DNA of 64,000 bases from Schizochytrium sp. TIO01. Taxonomy: Eukaryota; Protista; Bigyra: Labyrinthulomycetes. The stretch lies in assembly GCA_004764695.1 (NCBI GenBank), contig SMSO01000014.1:5342845-5406844 (forward strand), given 5' to 3'. The notes beneath the pieces are model-generated. The model was not told the origin of the DNA. It saw only the letters and a program-made list of their open reading frames with translations, and did not search any database. Both the position numbers and the translations under genes were made by a program. The first letter of the stretch is position 1, and each line of letters begins with the position of its first letter. Positions 1 to 11,815 of this stretch are shown piece after piece.

Positions 1-1235
1 AGTTATTTTTTAGTGTATATAAAACCTTGTTGGCCTTTTTGTTGAGGCGAAGTTATGAGAGAAGGATCTTGTTTATAAAAGTACTGTTGACTTTTTGCAA
101 AGATATATTGGAACGATTGGTTTTTATTTTACAAAGGGATGGCGTCTGTTTCATTTTGAGACTGTTTGAATATTGATCATTTAGTGAAATTAGAATATCT
201 CATATGAAATTTTCTGAAAGAAGAAGGAGGGTAGTATTTTTCGTGCGATAAGAAAGATACAAATACAGAATCAGCGAGCTAGTCCAGCATAAGAATCTTG
301 CTTGTACGACATTTCAAGCTTTATATGATAATTTTTTTTAAATCAGGGCGTGCATATGAACTAGGAAAAGTAAGGGGTTATATTGTTCTTTGATTCGTCT
401 GATACAAGGTTCATTACTCATTGTCACTGACAGTATTCGTTTCGACATTGAATGAACTCAAATAATCAATATTGATAGAACTCTAAATAGGGTTAAACCT
501 AAAACTGTCGCTGTATATGTAGACCAGAATATCCTTGATTATAATATAGCCCCCTTTTCGCGCGTTAGGCCTATTCTGGGTGAAGCTTCGCTAGTGAATA
601 AAAGAAAGATAAAAGGGAATACCTCTTATAACAAGAGAAGGTCAAAAGATTTGGCAGATTTGGTCGGATCGATGAGAAGCAAGTGGCTTTGCAACTGCAC
701 ATATGACACCCTGAATACTATCTGTGTATGTCAAGAACTGCTTCAGACCTAAAGTTAGACTCTTATAATTCCCCAAAGTCAATACATAGCTCTGGTTACC
801 TTGGGAGATTGAGCAAACGAATTGATTTGAAGGCCACATTTCGTTAGTTGATGTGCATAGGAGGAATGCTATGAAATAACAATAGTGACCTCTTTGCTTT
901 CTTTCTTATTCGCTACTCGCCTATTTGAGCAGCGGCAACGAAGGACCGCCAGACCCAAACCAAGTCCTGCGCGCCTGGCGAGCGGACGTAAGGCAGTGCA
1001 AGGTTTGCCTGCCACGAGAGTTCCTGTCTCTCCTTCCCTTTCCTCTGGACTTCTTGCGACGAGAGCGCGAGAGTTTTGGAGGCGCAAGGGTCAACTGCTG
1101 ATTCTTCTGAGCGTAGCTTAAAGAAGCCAACAGCAGCTTTCATAACAACCAAAGTTGCGAAGCATCATCAAGCAAAAGGCTTAAGACGCGTGTGTGGAGA
1201 AATTGAGAGGGGGTTCAAATTAAAGACACCCGAAA

Positions 1236-2540
1236 ATGCCCTCGAACGAACTTGAGGACGAAGCTGTATGGGGCGATGATGGCGAGGAGTTGGACGCCGA
1301 GATCATGGCCTTGCCTACAGATGACCTCAAACAGCGCATCAGGCTCTTGGAGAACGAGATTCGTATTATGCGTAGTGAGAAGGACCGCCTTAGCCACGAG
1401 GAACACTCCCAAACGGAGCGTATTAAGGAAAACGTCGAAAAGATCAAGATGAACAAGCAGCTTCCCTGGCTTGTTGGCAACATCGTGGAAATTCTTGACG
1501 GTGAAAACGAGGAGAACGAGCATGAGGATGGAAGTGCTGTCGATGTGGACGATCGCCGTAAGGGAAAGTCTGCTGTCATTAAGACCTCTACAAGACAGAC
1601 CATTTTCCTCCCAGTTATTGGCCTTGTCGCTGACGAGGACCTGTCCCCGCAAGATCTTATTGCAACCAACAAAGATAGCTACCTGGTTCTCGACAAGCTT
1701 CCACCTGAGTATGACTCTCGTACCCGTGCTATGGAACTTGATGAGAAACCCAAGGAGAGCTACAGTGATATCGGTGGATGTGAGTCCCAGATCCAGGAGC
1801 TCAAAGAAGCTGTTGTTCTGCCTCTGATTCATGCCGACCGCTTTGAGGCTATTGGAATCAAGGCTCCCAAGGGTGCTCTTCTGTATGGCCCTCCTGGAAC
1901 TGGCAAGACCCTCTTGGCACGTGCCTGCGCTGCCGAGACCAATTGCGTTTTCCTTAAGGTCGCAGCTTCCCAGCTTGTGCAAATGTTCATCGGTGATGGT
2001 GCGAAGCTTGTGCGTGATGCCTTTGAACTCGCTCGTGAAAAGGGCAAGGATCGTGGTGCGATTATTTTTATCGACGAGATTGATGCCATTGGTGGTAAGC
2101 GTTTTGATAGTGACCAGTCGGGTGACCGTGAGGTGCAGCGTACTATGTTGGAGCTCCTCAACCAGCTTGATGGTTTTGCTTCTAACGATAAGGTCAAGGT
2201 TATCGCCGCCACTAACCGCCCCGACGTATTGGATCCGGCCTTGATGCGTTCTGGTCGTCTTGATCGCAAGATTGAATTGCCAGAGCCTAACGAAGAAGGT
2301 CGTATGCGCATCTTGCAGATTCATGCTCGCAAGATGAACGTCGATGAAGACGTGAACTACGCAGAAATTGCTCGTTCAACTGAGGACTTCAACGGTGCCA
2401 TGATGCGTGCCGTTGCCATCGAGGCAGGCATGATCGCTCTGCGTGAAAATTGTAAGGTAATCCAGCATCGTCACTTTCAGGATGCGATCGATGAGGTCGC
2501 AGCTAAGCGAAAGAAGGTCGATGTTTCATACTGGTCTTAG
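1236..2540 (+). CDS. RPT5: 26S proteasome regulatory AAA-ATPase subunit 6A (Rpt5/TBP-1)
   Basis: Intronless 434-aa ORF with an N-terminal coiled coil and the Rpt5 signatures [35 protein letters not shown] and [18 protein letters not shown]. Walker A GPPGTGKT, Walker [10 protein letters not shown], and [26 protein letters not shown] are present. Confidence 0.96.
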   Translation: MPSNELEDEAVWGDDGEELDAEIMALPTDDLKQRIRLLENEIRIMRSEKDRLSHEEHSQTERIKENVEKIKMNKQLPWLVGNIVEILDGENEENEHEDGSAVDVDDRRKGKSAVIKTSTRQTIFLPVIGLVADEDLSPQDLIATNKDSYLVLDKLPPEYDSRTRAMELDEKPKESYSDIGGCESQIQELKEAVVLPLIHADRFEAIGIKAPKGALLYGPPGTGKTLLARACAAETNCVFLKVAASQLVQMFIGDGAKLVRDAFELAREKGKDRGAIIFIDEIDAIGGKRFDSDQSGDREVQRTMLELLNQLDGFASNDKVKVIAATNRPDVLDPALMRSGRLDRKIELPEPNEEGRMRILQIHARKMNVDEDVNYAEIARSTEDFNGAMMRAVAIEAGMIALRENCKVIQHRHFQDAIDEVAAKRKKVDVSYWS

Positions 2541-3531
2541 ATCAATATCATCAAATAACACAAGAACCATAACAATACTACTTTTTTTTGCATTATCTCT
2601 CATTAACCGTACAGACAACTCTACAGCATATTTGTTCTGGTAAAACATCCTCGCTTCGACTGCTTCTCGTATCATGCAAGCCTCGATATGTATTACTCTA
2701 GAGTTACCACACTTAATATCCATCAAAGGTATAACTTCAACAGAGTATTACAAAAAGAATTTGTTTGCATCTAGCAAGCTTGTAGAATAGCTTTTCCATA
2801 GTACGCGAAGTCGACCTGCATGGCCTGCGATCAGTACAATAAAGAATCAGCTGTTTACATTTTACAGAGAGACAAGGCTTTTCCTTCGTCTGGGTGTAGA
2901 TAGTCATACAATCTGATTGATGACAAGGGGTAGATACGAGAAGGTGGCAAAACATAAACCAAGTCTAACAGGCAAAAAACAAAATATGTATGTTCATGAT
3001 CTGATTAATCTCATATCACAAGAAAAAGTGCGCTGATGCTTTTAACACTGTCGTGCAAAATAAACCGTGTCTTACCACTACAGACAGTGCATAAATACAG
3101 TGAGAGCGCCAACCTAGCAAAGATAGGCAACTGCAGCGGCCAGTGAGTTGAGTTGCCAATCCCAAGTTGATGCAGCTTATAATTGATATCTAATAGGATA
3201 ACGCTCCAAAGAAGCCGCGACATAAGCGTAGCAATAGATGTGGTCGAGAAAATGTGGCCATCTTTCAACCAGATACATACAAAGTGTGTCCAACTGCATA
3301 TTTACATTCTGAACACCATCAGCCATAACCAAGTAAAAGTTTGCACATCACGTTGAGTTTTGCTAATATGAATATTTGAAGAAAAACAAACTCTTGTTAG
3401 CTGAGGGTCCAAGCAGAGAGTTTCCCAACAGTGGCAGTAATAATTATCGGCAAGAGGAGAATGCCATAACACCAAAATTTTCACTACTATCATACACCGC
3501 AATAGAAGAGATTACAAGAAAAGTACCATTT

Positions 3532-5718
3532 TTAAGGACGAGGGCCTCCGCACTTCAAGAGCCCGTGTCGATGAGAGAGGACCCCAAATGCGGTTCCGCA
3601 GGCTAGAAGAAGCATAGCATTACTCTGCATGGCAAATCCTGGGTCAGTTTGATGCGCTAGAAACCCAGTGCAGGATGCTCCTAGAAGCAGGCCAACATCT
3701 CCAGTTGTTCGCAAGAGGGCTAAAGCCTGTGAACGGTTTTCGCTTGGGACAATATCTGTCACATGAGCAGTAGGGGCCATTCCAAACATCGTTCCGCCTA
3801 GACTCCACATAGCGAGAATACCAAGCGCGGGAGTAATCTGCGTTGCCCAAGGAAACATGAACATGGCACTGGCAACAATAGCTGACGAAACGACAATTGC
3901 TGGTGGCTTACCGAACTTATCTGCGATAGCTGCAGAAGGTGGGGTACAGACCACCGAGACAGCCGAGGTCATGGCAAACACTCCGCCAACCTCCGCGGAA
4001 GAAAGTCCGAGCTCATCACGAACTAACATGAGGGGCAGCAATGTCATATAAGAACCACTCAGAGCTAGCCAGTACATCAAATTGATACCGAGTACAGAAG
4101 CAAACTGTTGGTCGGCAAGTAAAGGCCGCCATTGCCGCACAGTCTCGCGAATTTCAGATGCAAGAGTCGGGGTTGGCTTGTTTGGGTCAGATGGGGTATT
4201 GGGAACAGTTTCCACAAGAATCCGATGATTTAATGCCATAATCGCCAAGAAACTAGCCCCAACCATAGAAAAAGTCGCTGAGAGACCAACGTTATGCGCC
4301 AGGAAACCACCTACTGCGGGTCCTAGCGCAGCCCCTGCTGAAAACCCGGCAGATATAGGTGCCATAGTTTTTGTGCGCGTAAAAGGTGTACCAATATCCA
4401 TGAGATAAAGCATCGACGCAGTGGTAAACCCACTTGCTCCAAAACCAGTAATAAGACGCGCGAGCATAAGTTCAGGCAGATTAGATGCCAAACCTGTGCC
4501 GGCCATACCCAAGGCCATGAGACCAGCTCCGGCAGTCATGACTTTCTTGCGACCAAATCTATCACTAAGAAATGCGCATGGGATGTTTCCGAGCAGCTTA
4601 CTAAGACCAAAGGAGCTCACCACCATGCCGAAATCTGCAGAGGAGAGACCCATGCTCTTAACAAAAAGTGGCATAACCGGTATCACCACACCAACTGCAA
4701 CTCCGGTCATCACCATAGACAGGGTGACAGGCCAGACACGTGGGTCAACAGTACGAGCCATTCCAAGAATGACCTTGTCAAATTGCGCACGAGAAACACC
4801 TCCGTGCCCCTTGGTGTCAAGTTTAGCCATCAATTCGTCAGCAAACTGTGATATATCTCGATCTGACATCACTCGCTCCCGGTCATCACGGCGTCCGATT
4901 TCCCGAACGTAAGATAAAAGCTCATCATACTCCACGAGGCCGTTCTTGTTCTTATCAACACGGTCAAATACGCGACTGAGTTCATCCTTATTGAAGTTGA
5001 TCAGTTTAAAAAGGTCAAACACTCGTGCATTAAACGGTGTGTCGCTCCACTTTGTCTCGGGCAGAGGAACACGCTCCCGAGTCACACCTTTTGGTGTATG
5101 CGGCGGTTCAAGTCTATCTGAGAGAGTTGGGGAAAGTGGGGCCTGTTCGAGAGGGCTGGATGGGTTTGAAGCACTAGTATGGTTCAAAGGATCATCTTTA
5201 GGATGATCGGAACCTGGGGCAGCAGGTGTATCAGTACCGCAAGAGGGGATAGCATTTAAGGGTGCTGACTCTCTGTGTTGCAACGGTTTAGCCTCATTGT
5301 AGCGTGTTGATGTTGTTAATGTTGTTGAAGATGATGATGAAGATGTTGAGGGTGTAAATGGGGTACTGGGTTGCGCGGAAGTCGATGTTGGAGGAGAGCG
5401 TGTAGTTTTATGGATATTAGGGGGGGTACAGTCAGCTGGGGCCGAAGAAGGAGTCGGCAATAGCGTAGAAGATGATGCGTGAAAGGAATGTTGTAAATCG
5501 CGTGTTCTGCGCACTCCGGCGCAGCATGAAGAAGATGATGACGAAGAAAAGGTCCCAAGAAGAGGAAATTCAAGTTGGTGTGGCGTTGAAGAACCAAAGA
5601 CTCCGAAGGAGGGCCTCTGCGTAGCCTTGATCCAGCTTGTGAAGCCACGAGAGCTCTTGACGTGATAATAGTGGATGGTTCGGCCTGAAGAGATAATTGG
5701 GGTTGTGAAACTCATCAT
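3532..5718 (-). CDS. MFS (DHA1/TetA-like) transporter with N-terminal EF-hand pair and probable organellar targeting peptide
   Basis: 728-aa ORF. The N-terminus is S/R/T-rich and acid-poor, followed by a P/S/T linker. EF loop DKNKNGLVEYDE is canonical and a second loop DTKGHGGVSRAQ is degenerate. About 12 hydrophobic segments follow, with MFS motif A (LSDRFGRK) and its repeat (IADKFGK). Confidence 0.88.
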   Translation of the reverse strand: MMSFTTPIISSGRTIHYYHVKSSRGFTSWIKATQRPSFGVFGSSTPHQLEFPLLGTFSSSSSSSCCAGVRRTRDLQHSFHASSSTLLPTPSSAPADCTPPNIHKTTRSPPTSTSAQPSTPFTPSTSSSSSSTTLTTSTRYNEAKPLQHRESAPLNAIPSCGTDTPAAPGSDHPKDDPLNHTSASNPSSPLEQAPLSPTLSDRLEPPHTPKGVTRERVPLPETKWSDTPFNARVFDLFKLINFNKDELSRVFDRVDKNKNGLVEYDELLSYVREIGRRDDRERVMSDRDISQFADELMAKLDTKGHGGVSRAQFDKVILGMARTVDPRVWPVTLSMVMTGVAVGVVIPVMPLFVKSMGLSSADFGMVVSSFGLSKLLGNIPCAFLSDRFGRKKVMTAGAGLMALGMAGTGLASNLPELMLARLITGFGASGFTTASMLYLMDIGTPFTRTKTMAPISAGFSAGAALGPAVGGFLAHNVGLSATFSMVGASFLAIMALNHRILVETVPNTPSDPNKPTPTLASEIRETVRQWRPLLADQQFASVLGINLMYWLALSGSYMTLLPLMLVRDELGLSSAEVGGVFAMTSAVSVVCTPPSAAIADKFGKPPAIVVSSAIVASAMFMFPWATQITPALGILAMWSLGGTMFGMAPTAHVTDIVPSENRSQALALLRTTGDVGLLLGASCTGFLAHQTDPGFAMQSNAMLLLACGTAFGVLSHRHGLLKCGGPRP

Positions 5719-6924
5719 TGCTAAACCTGCCTTAAAACCAGCCCAGTTTGAAGAAGCGAGGTGCTAATAGAGCCACAATAGCCGAGGTGGACCACGGATG
5801 AGGCAGTGACGTGCTTTAAATTAACCAAAGTCCCAAGGACACGGAGCGTGGTGAAAACTAGTTATGCAAATGTTCAAGTGGAATGTTGAGCTTTGAGCAG
5901 ATCGATTCGACGCTCAGTCTCAACCTGCGTGCGTCAGAGGCCTCCCAAAACTAGACGAGGAATCTAATCCTCGCTGAGAGGACTTTCCTCCCGTCCGGAA
6001 TGGGTGGGGGGAGTATGAGCGACAATGGTTGAACAAAGTGCGTGAATGATAAAGGGATGAAGAATGAGGAATGGGGAATAAAGAATGTGGAACGAGGAAT
6101 GAACGAAGAAGAAAAGAAAGTCAAAAGTTAATGATTTAGTTAGTTATCACTTACTTTGATGTGGTAAGCCCCCCAATTAGGCCAAACACTACCACAATGA
6201 CTATGTACTACCTACTACCTCAATCATCGGCAAGCCGACCCGAGGAAAGGGCAAGAAAGGAAGGCTGCTTCTTACCGACCTACTCTAGCTAGCTACAGGT
6301 AACTAGCCACCTACCTACCTATGTAGTAGCTATGGAGCTATGTTGCTATGTTGCTCTTGAGGCATCACGAACACAGGCGGAGATGATGCTATTGCATTGA
6401 TTTGGGAAAGGAAGGAAGGAGAACGGCGACTCGCCTCTTAGCAATTCTCAACTTGCACGTCTCATGCGAGTCGACAGAACATATACAAGAACATATGTCT
6501 TGAAAATAACACACTGTATGAAATAGCCATCAGCAGATGAAAGTGTGAAACAGGTGTATAGTACAATTGATACAAGTTTTTCTCTCTGAACTGTATGTAA
6601 TAGACAATATACGGTAGAACGATCCATGGCTACAAAGAGCAATTTTAATCTTGTAGAAGCTAGGAAGAAGTTTGGGAGCTAATTGCACGGAGAGGATGAA
6701 TTTAGGACCGACGTCATCATGGGCCAACGACCTACGCATTATAATACAACGATCGCACAATAAAATACGGCCCAGCTAGTAGTAGTCTGCAGTAGCACCC
6801 GCTTAGCAGGAGCAGAGAGCTAGGTAACTAACTATACGTAGCTAGGTAGGAGGCATGCATTGCCACTCAAAGGAGCGGACATATACGAGGAGATCGAGAC
6901 GACAAACGAGAGCTTGAAAATGAA

Positions 6925-7080
6925 GATTGAGGTCTTCGATTGAGGTCTTCGACTGAGGTCTTCGATTGAGGTCTTCGACTGAGGTCTTCGATTGAGGTCT
7001 TCGACTGAGGTCTTCGATTGAGGTCTTCGACTGAGGTCTTCGATTGAGGTCTTCGACTGAGGTCTTCGACTGAGATCTCC
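6925..7080. repeat. 13-bp minisatellite (GAYTGAGGTCTTC)x11 plus 1 degenerate copy
   Basis: Counted directly. Contiguous units with no spacers, and the third base alternates T/C through most of the array. Confidence 0.97.
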
Positions 7081-7205
7081 ATCACGACCACGTGCCCTCT
7101 TCTGCTATGGGCTATGTCAATGGCAATCAATGGCAATGGTGGTGGCTAGCTATCTCACAGCGCTTGGAGGGACCCGGGGAGCTAGCTAGGAAGCTCGCCA
7201 CGTAC

Positions 7206-7249
7206 TATTTATTTATTTATTTATTTATTTATTCATTTATTTATTTATT
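7206..7249. repeat. (ATTT)n microsatellite
   Basis: Direct observation, with one interruption. Confidence 0.9.
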
Positions 7250-10200
7250 GTCTGTCCTCTTCGGCACTTGAACTTGAGCGGTGATTGATTGATTGAAGGA
7301 TGGATTCACTTATTACCCAAATCCGAGCAAGCTGTAATTAAGTCGATCTCCGAACAAACTTCGATGCTCGCCGAGAGTGCTTGAAATCCTCGTTGAGCGT
7401 GACAGCCCAAAGGCATAATGCAATCAAACAATACCTCAGCTTGCATTAGTCTCAAGGTTGGCAATCTTGGGAGCCCACTCTGGCGACGATGATGATGGTT
7501 TCTGTGCGTGTATGTGAGTGTATACAAGTCGTCAACATTGTTTGTCTCTGCCACAACTAGCGCCTGTATCGACGACCTCTAGAGTAGGATCAAAAGTTCG
7601 CGGATTGCCACTAACCCTACTAGGTATCTCCTAGCTCCTAGGCTAGCTATCGATTATACACTGATGGTAGGGACTGCTACGTACCTCTCAAGTATATACT
7701 ATACGTGCCTATAGCATCGTGCACGATATAGTGTAAAATGGGTTGCAGTCGGAGGTACTATGCTAATTTGTTTCTCCGGAAGGGGGACAGGAGCATTTTG
7801 GGATGGGGGCAGAAGAGAGGTCTGACTAGATTCGTTGGAGCTTTACTTGGTAGTTGGGAATCGCTTACTAGCAATTCGACTAAGTCGGCTGCCTCAGTCT
7901 TTGTGCAGTAAAGCGACTTAGAAGCAGTGTGTGCTACGCTGGCGTCTGGAGAGAAAATTTAGGAAAAGACTATTTATTCAAGTTATATATATCTCTATAT
8001 ATAATGAGCGTATTTTCAAGTTTAAAATTGTGTGCGAGCTGTGTCCGATTGATTTCCTGCAACTATTTTTTTTTTTTTTCGATTTCGTGGGAATGCAACT
8101 TAACTAGAATAACTTTTGTAATGATTTTTACTTATGCATATAGGTTGTTGTATGATTGACGATGTTTCTAAACTATGTCATAGGCGGACCAAATTGACCA
8201 TGATGTTTGAACTTAGGTGAAATCAATTCTTAAATCATCTCGTAGTTTCACTAATATAACTTGTGAAAACCTAGCAAAGCATGACGACATGCTATGAACA
8301 AACCAAAACTAGAAACGTCAAACTTACAATACTATACTTTATTCGAACTAATTTGTCGCAAGATAGGGGTGTACTGAAGCTAGCTTGTTGATGTGGAACA
8401 ACCCTTCATTGCTTTCTCGATTTCTGATCGTGTTCACTTACTGACGGAATCAAGGTTCTTGGGATGAACAGTCAAATACTGTTTCTTTAAAAATAAATGA
8501 TGTACAATATTTAGAAAACAAAACTATGTTTAGCAACGTAGTAACTTTTCTGCAACGCGCCCCTTCCTAGAAAAGGATTAACCTTTCGCTTTGTGCAAGA
8601 GTTTATTACAGCTCACGTTTCACTTTCTCCTTCCTCGAAAAAAATACAGGTTCAATTTTAGTTGGGATAGTAGAATAGAACTACATATTTGAGTTTCTGG
8701 CCCTTTCAAAGGCATGGTTGGAGCAAATAGAGTCACTTTCTTTTTTTTCTTCTCAATCGAAACCGGAGCTGTATGCTCCACATTCAGGCAACCAACCTCC
8801 TGAAGCAAAAATAACTTGACCCCCAGGTTGACGTACACTGAGATCAAATCGCATAGAGACAAAGAATTAAATTTTGCCCCAGCATGCAGAGATGCGTAAT
8901 TGTGTATGTTTGCATCAGAGCTCCGGTATGCAGAGCTTTTTTCGCTAAGAGATGCCTTCAACTCTTTCAATTAGAGAAATAAACATTGTGTTCATTGAGG
9001 CACGCTTAGTAACGTTTTGTACCGTCACTTGAGTTGATCAATATTTGAAAATTTCTTTGAAACTGACTGAAGACATCGAGTGTCTCGATGGAAAGTATTA
9101 ATCAATGAATTGCTAGGTCATTGGAATGAATTGAAGTACCTTCAAGGTACAGAGGTGGAGTAACGTGAGTTACATGATCCCCCCGACAGTCATGAGCAGA
9201 TCGCCAGACTTTGCGATATTCAAGATATTGTTTCGCTAGCTTTGATAGCCTGTATTATGGTCTGAGTTGCAGGACATAGGAAAACGCTCACAAAGCCGAG
9301 ATCTGATTTAAGTCGGCCAGACGTCTCTTTGTCTTTATTCCTATTCTTTGGGTATTCTTTGGGTACGCTAACTATCGCCGCTAAATAGAATAGACATGTG
9401 CAAGGGACATAAATGGTAGCCTCGAATGAGTGGTTCTCAAACAGATCATTCTCGGTTGGGGTATGATACCCTAGCTAGTGAGGAACTATGAATTAAAAAA
9501 TTGAACGATTATATATTATTATTATTATTATTATTATTATCATTTTAAATCACGGCACGTTTACAAACCACTTCATCCTTCATTTTTTAAACAACAAATT
9601 TCATTTTGTGCCAGGATATGTCTAAACTTTTATTTTTAATAGAAGGTGAACAAACGAAGACGAGAATTCTAGCACTACGAGTATACGAGTAGGTTATTGT
9701 GCAGCTCCGAGCTGACTAATTGCAAAGAGGCGAGCTATGAGTATTTCCCCCCTTGCTATTTGAATAATTGATCATAATCGGTGTGAGCTGAGATCTGTGC
9801 AGTACCAAAGAGTTTTAACTCCTACCATGTTATCATTTAGAATTTTATTTGACAGCATGTAGTCGCCATTGAAACATTGTCGACTGAATCCTATCTATTT
9901 TCAACTCGAAGGTGACATTCATTAGGAACGCGAGTTCTGCACGCGCGCGCATTTCCCTTGCCTTAATCAGATCTACCTACCTGCAGCCTGACGAATGCTT
10001 GGTGCACAGTGTACACATAGCACAGCTCTGCTTTCGAGTATAAGTCGAATTGTTGTCTTTGAGTTGCCATGCTTTTTTTAATTTTTAATATTTCATGCTT
10101 TTCCTTCTTCTAAATAGTCTGAAGTAAGAAGCGCAAATTCCAAAAGCCCTACCTTACCAACTAGTAAGTAGGAGCTACTATAGGCCAAGGTAGTTCGTTC

Positions 10201-11815
10201 CATCATCGATTTTACTCAGGCTTTTGAAGTAGTCATCAGCGCGTGCCGCCCCTCAGCTAGATTCAAACCCCTCAGACCTCTTCTAAAGAGTCCACTTGGA
10301 TAAAGTTTTATAGAGAATGATAGAGATAGTGCTACTACTTCTCCAGAGGACTTTTGCAGTGCACACGTCATGCTTGAAGTTGATGAATAGTAGGATAAGT
10401 TGCGCAGTGATCATGCGAGACAGAATACCATTTTGTTTTAAACCGTGGATAAGGCTATTGAACGGGCTCACAAATTGTTTCGCTCCGCAACGAGCTGGCA
10501 ACAAGAGGGTCTTAATCGAAGCTCTACTTAGCGTGGGAAGACGCACTCCATCATGATCAGTGTAAGCCATTTGATTATTCTTGTGTAGCGCTTGAATAGT
10601 GAAACTTTTTGCTATTTTTAGTTCTGCTTGAATGAGAGGATCAGGCGTGAAAGCACTATCCATCAAGCTCGCCCTCTGAGATGGTGGCAACTACCCCTAG
10701 TATAGAGTTCCAGCTTGTCAAACCGGGGGGCACTGCCACCAAACAACAGGGGAACATGAATCATCGATCGTCATTGGATATGGAGATGTTCACATCGCGC
10801 TCAACCAATCTCTTGAAAGGATCTCCTGAGGAGAAACTTAAACAACTTGGTGATTCGTTTATAGTTTAAACTTTGACTCCGCTGAAAGAGAGGATTGTTC
10901 TTTTCACGCTCAGCAGGCCAATAATTGCCCATGAGACAGCTGCTCATCACCTAATTTTCCGATACTCCGGCAGTAACAAACGCTCACCCTTACCCCCCCT
11001 AATCAATTGACCAATGAGCTATGATTTGTCGCATACAGGGGTATGCTGGAATTTACATTTAGGACTACTTTGCTCTTGCATACCCCCTCACTGTGAAGAT
11101 GCGGCCCTTATTCATAGAGGAGACAGATAGCATATGTTTTTGGAAGATGGTCTTCTTGGTGTAAAAGTTCCTGAATTATAGAGACTTGGTAAAAGACACA
11201 GAGTGATTGATCGCCTAATTGTGCTGTTAAAGTCTATTCGCATTGCATAATGTTTGCACTTAAAGAGATGCAGAAGTGTGGAAAGCAGTTTGGAAAAGAA
11301 AAGGTTTTATATTGAATGGTTTGGGTTTGGAATCGGCAAACAAACCAAAACCTCAGCGGCAAGATCAGCAGCAACAGCGCCATCGTTGCAAGGAGGCGGA
11401 GCTACTCCAAACTGCAAAACGTCTGCCTGTCTCGAGAAGCAGACACATCAAAACCACGACAGCAACACCAACTTCCGCGAGAGGCGCACTAGCTCAGCTT
11501 TTTAGATCAAGAACACTCCTGGTAACCTGGCTGCGTTACTTTGGTCTCTTCAATACAGAGGCAAGCCCACTTCATCTGAGCCACGATCGTGGTGTTGGTG
11601 GTTAGTGGTCGTGGACCTGAACGTGAACGTGAGAGTGGGCATAAGCATCGTTAAAAGCAAAATCTTCTTCGGCACTTCAAACCAAAAACCAATTCTATAT
11701 CTACTATAAAGGAACTCCTCTCTTGCACGAAGTTTTCAAGTTTCATCATAAGGGCTCTGACCCAGAACTCAGTGCTAAGAGCCCCTGCGAGAAGGTTGGC
11801 ATAAGTGTGGAGGAT

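Noticed and set aside
1215-2324. 369-aa minus-strand ORF and similar long antisense ORFs (16471-17202, 48528-49412, 57021-57680)
   Set aside because: Antisense shadows of well-supported, codon-biased genes on the opposite strand.
6867-7136. Repeat array as a CRISPR array or as a repetitive protein (RRPQSKTSVEDL)
   Set aside because: There are no spacers, no cas genes and the context is eukaryotic. The ORF is a by-product of a stop-free 13-bp repeat.
10760-10830. IVIGYGDV peptide resembling a Fanzor/TnpB RuvC segment or a K+ channel pore
   Set aside because: Isolated short match in a stop-ridden frame, with no other RuvC, zinc-finger or transmembrane motifs nearby.
11723-11815. TTG-initiated N-terminal extension of the GPCR ORF (likewise the GTG/TTG starts at 17790, 21327, 47424, 55911)
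   Set aside because: In a eukaryotic gene the first in-frame ATG is preferred, and for the GPCR it yields a proper signal peptide.
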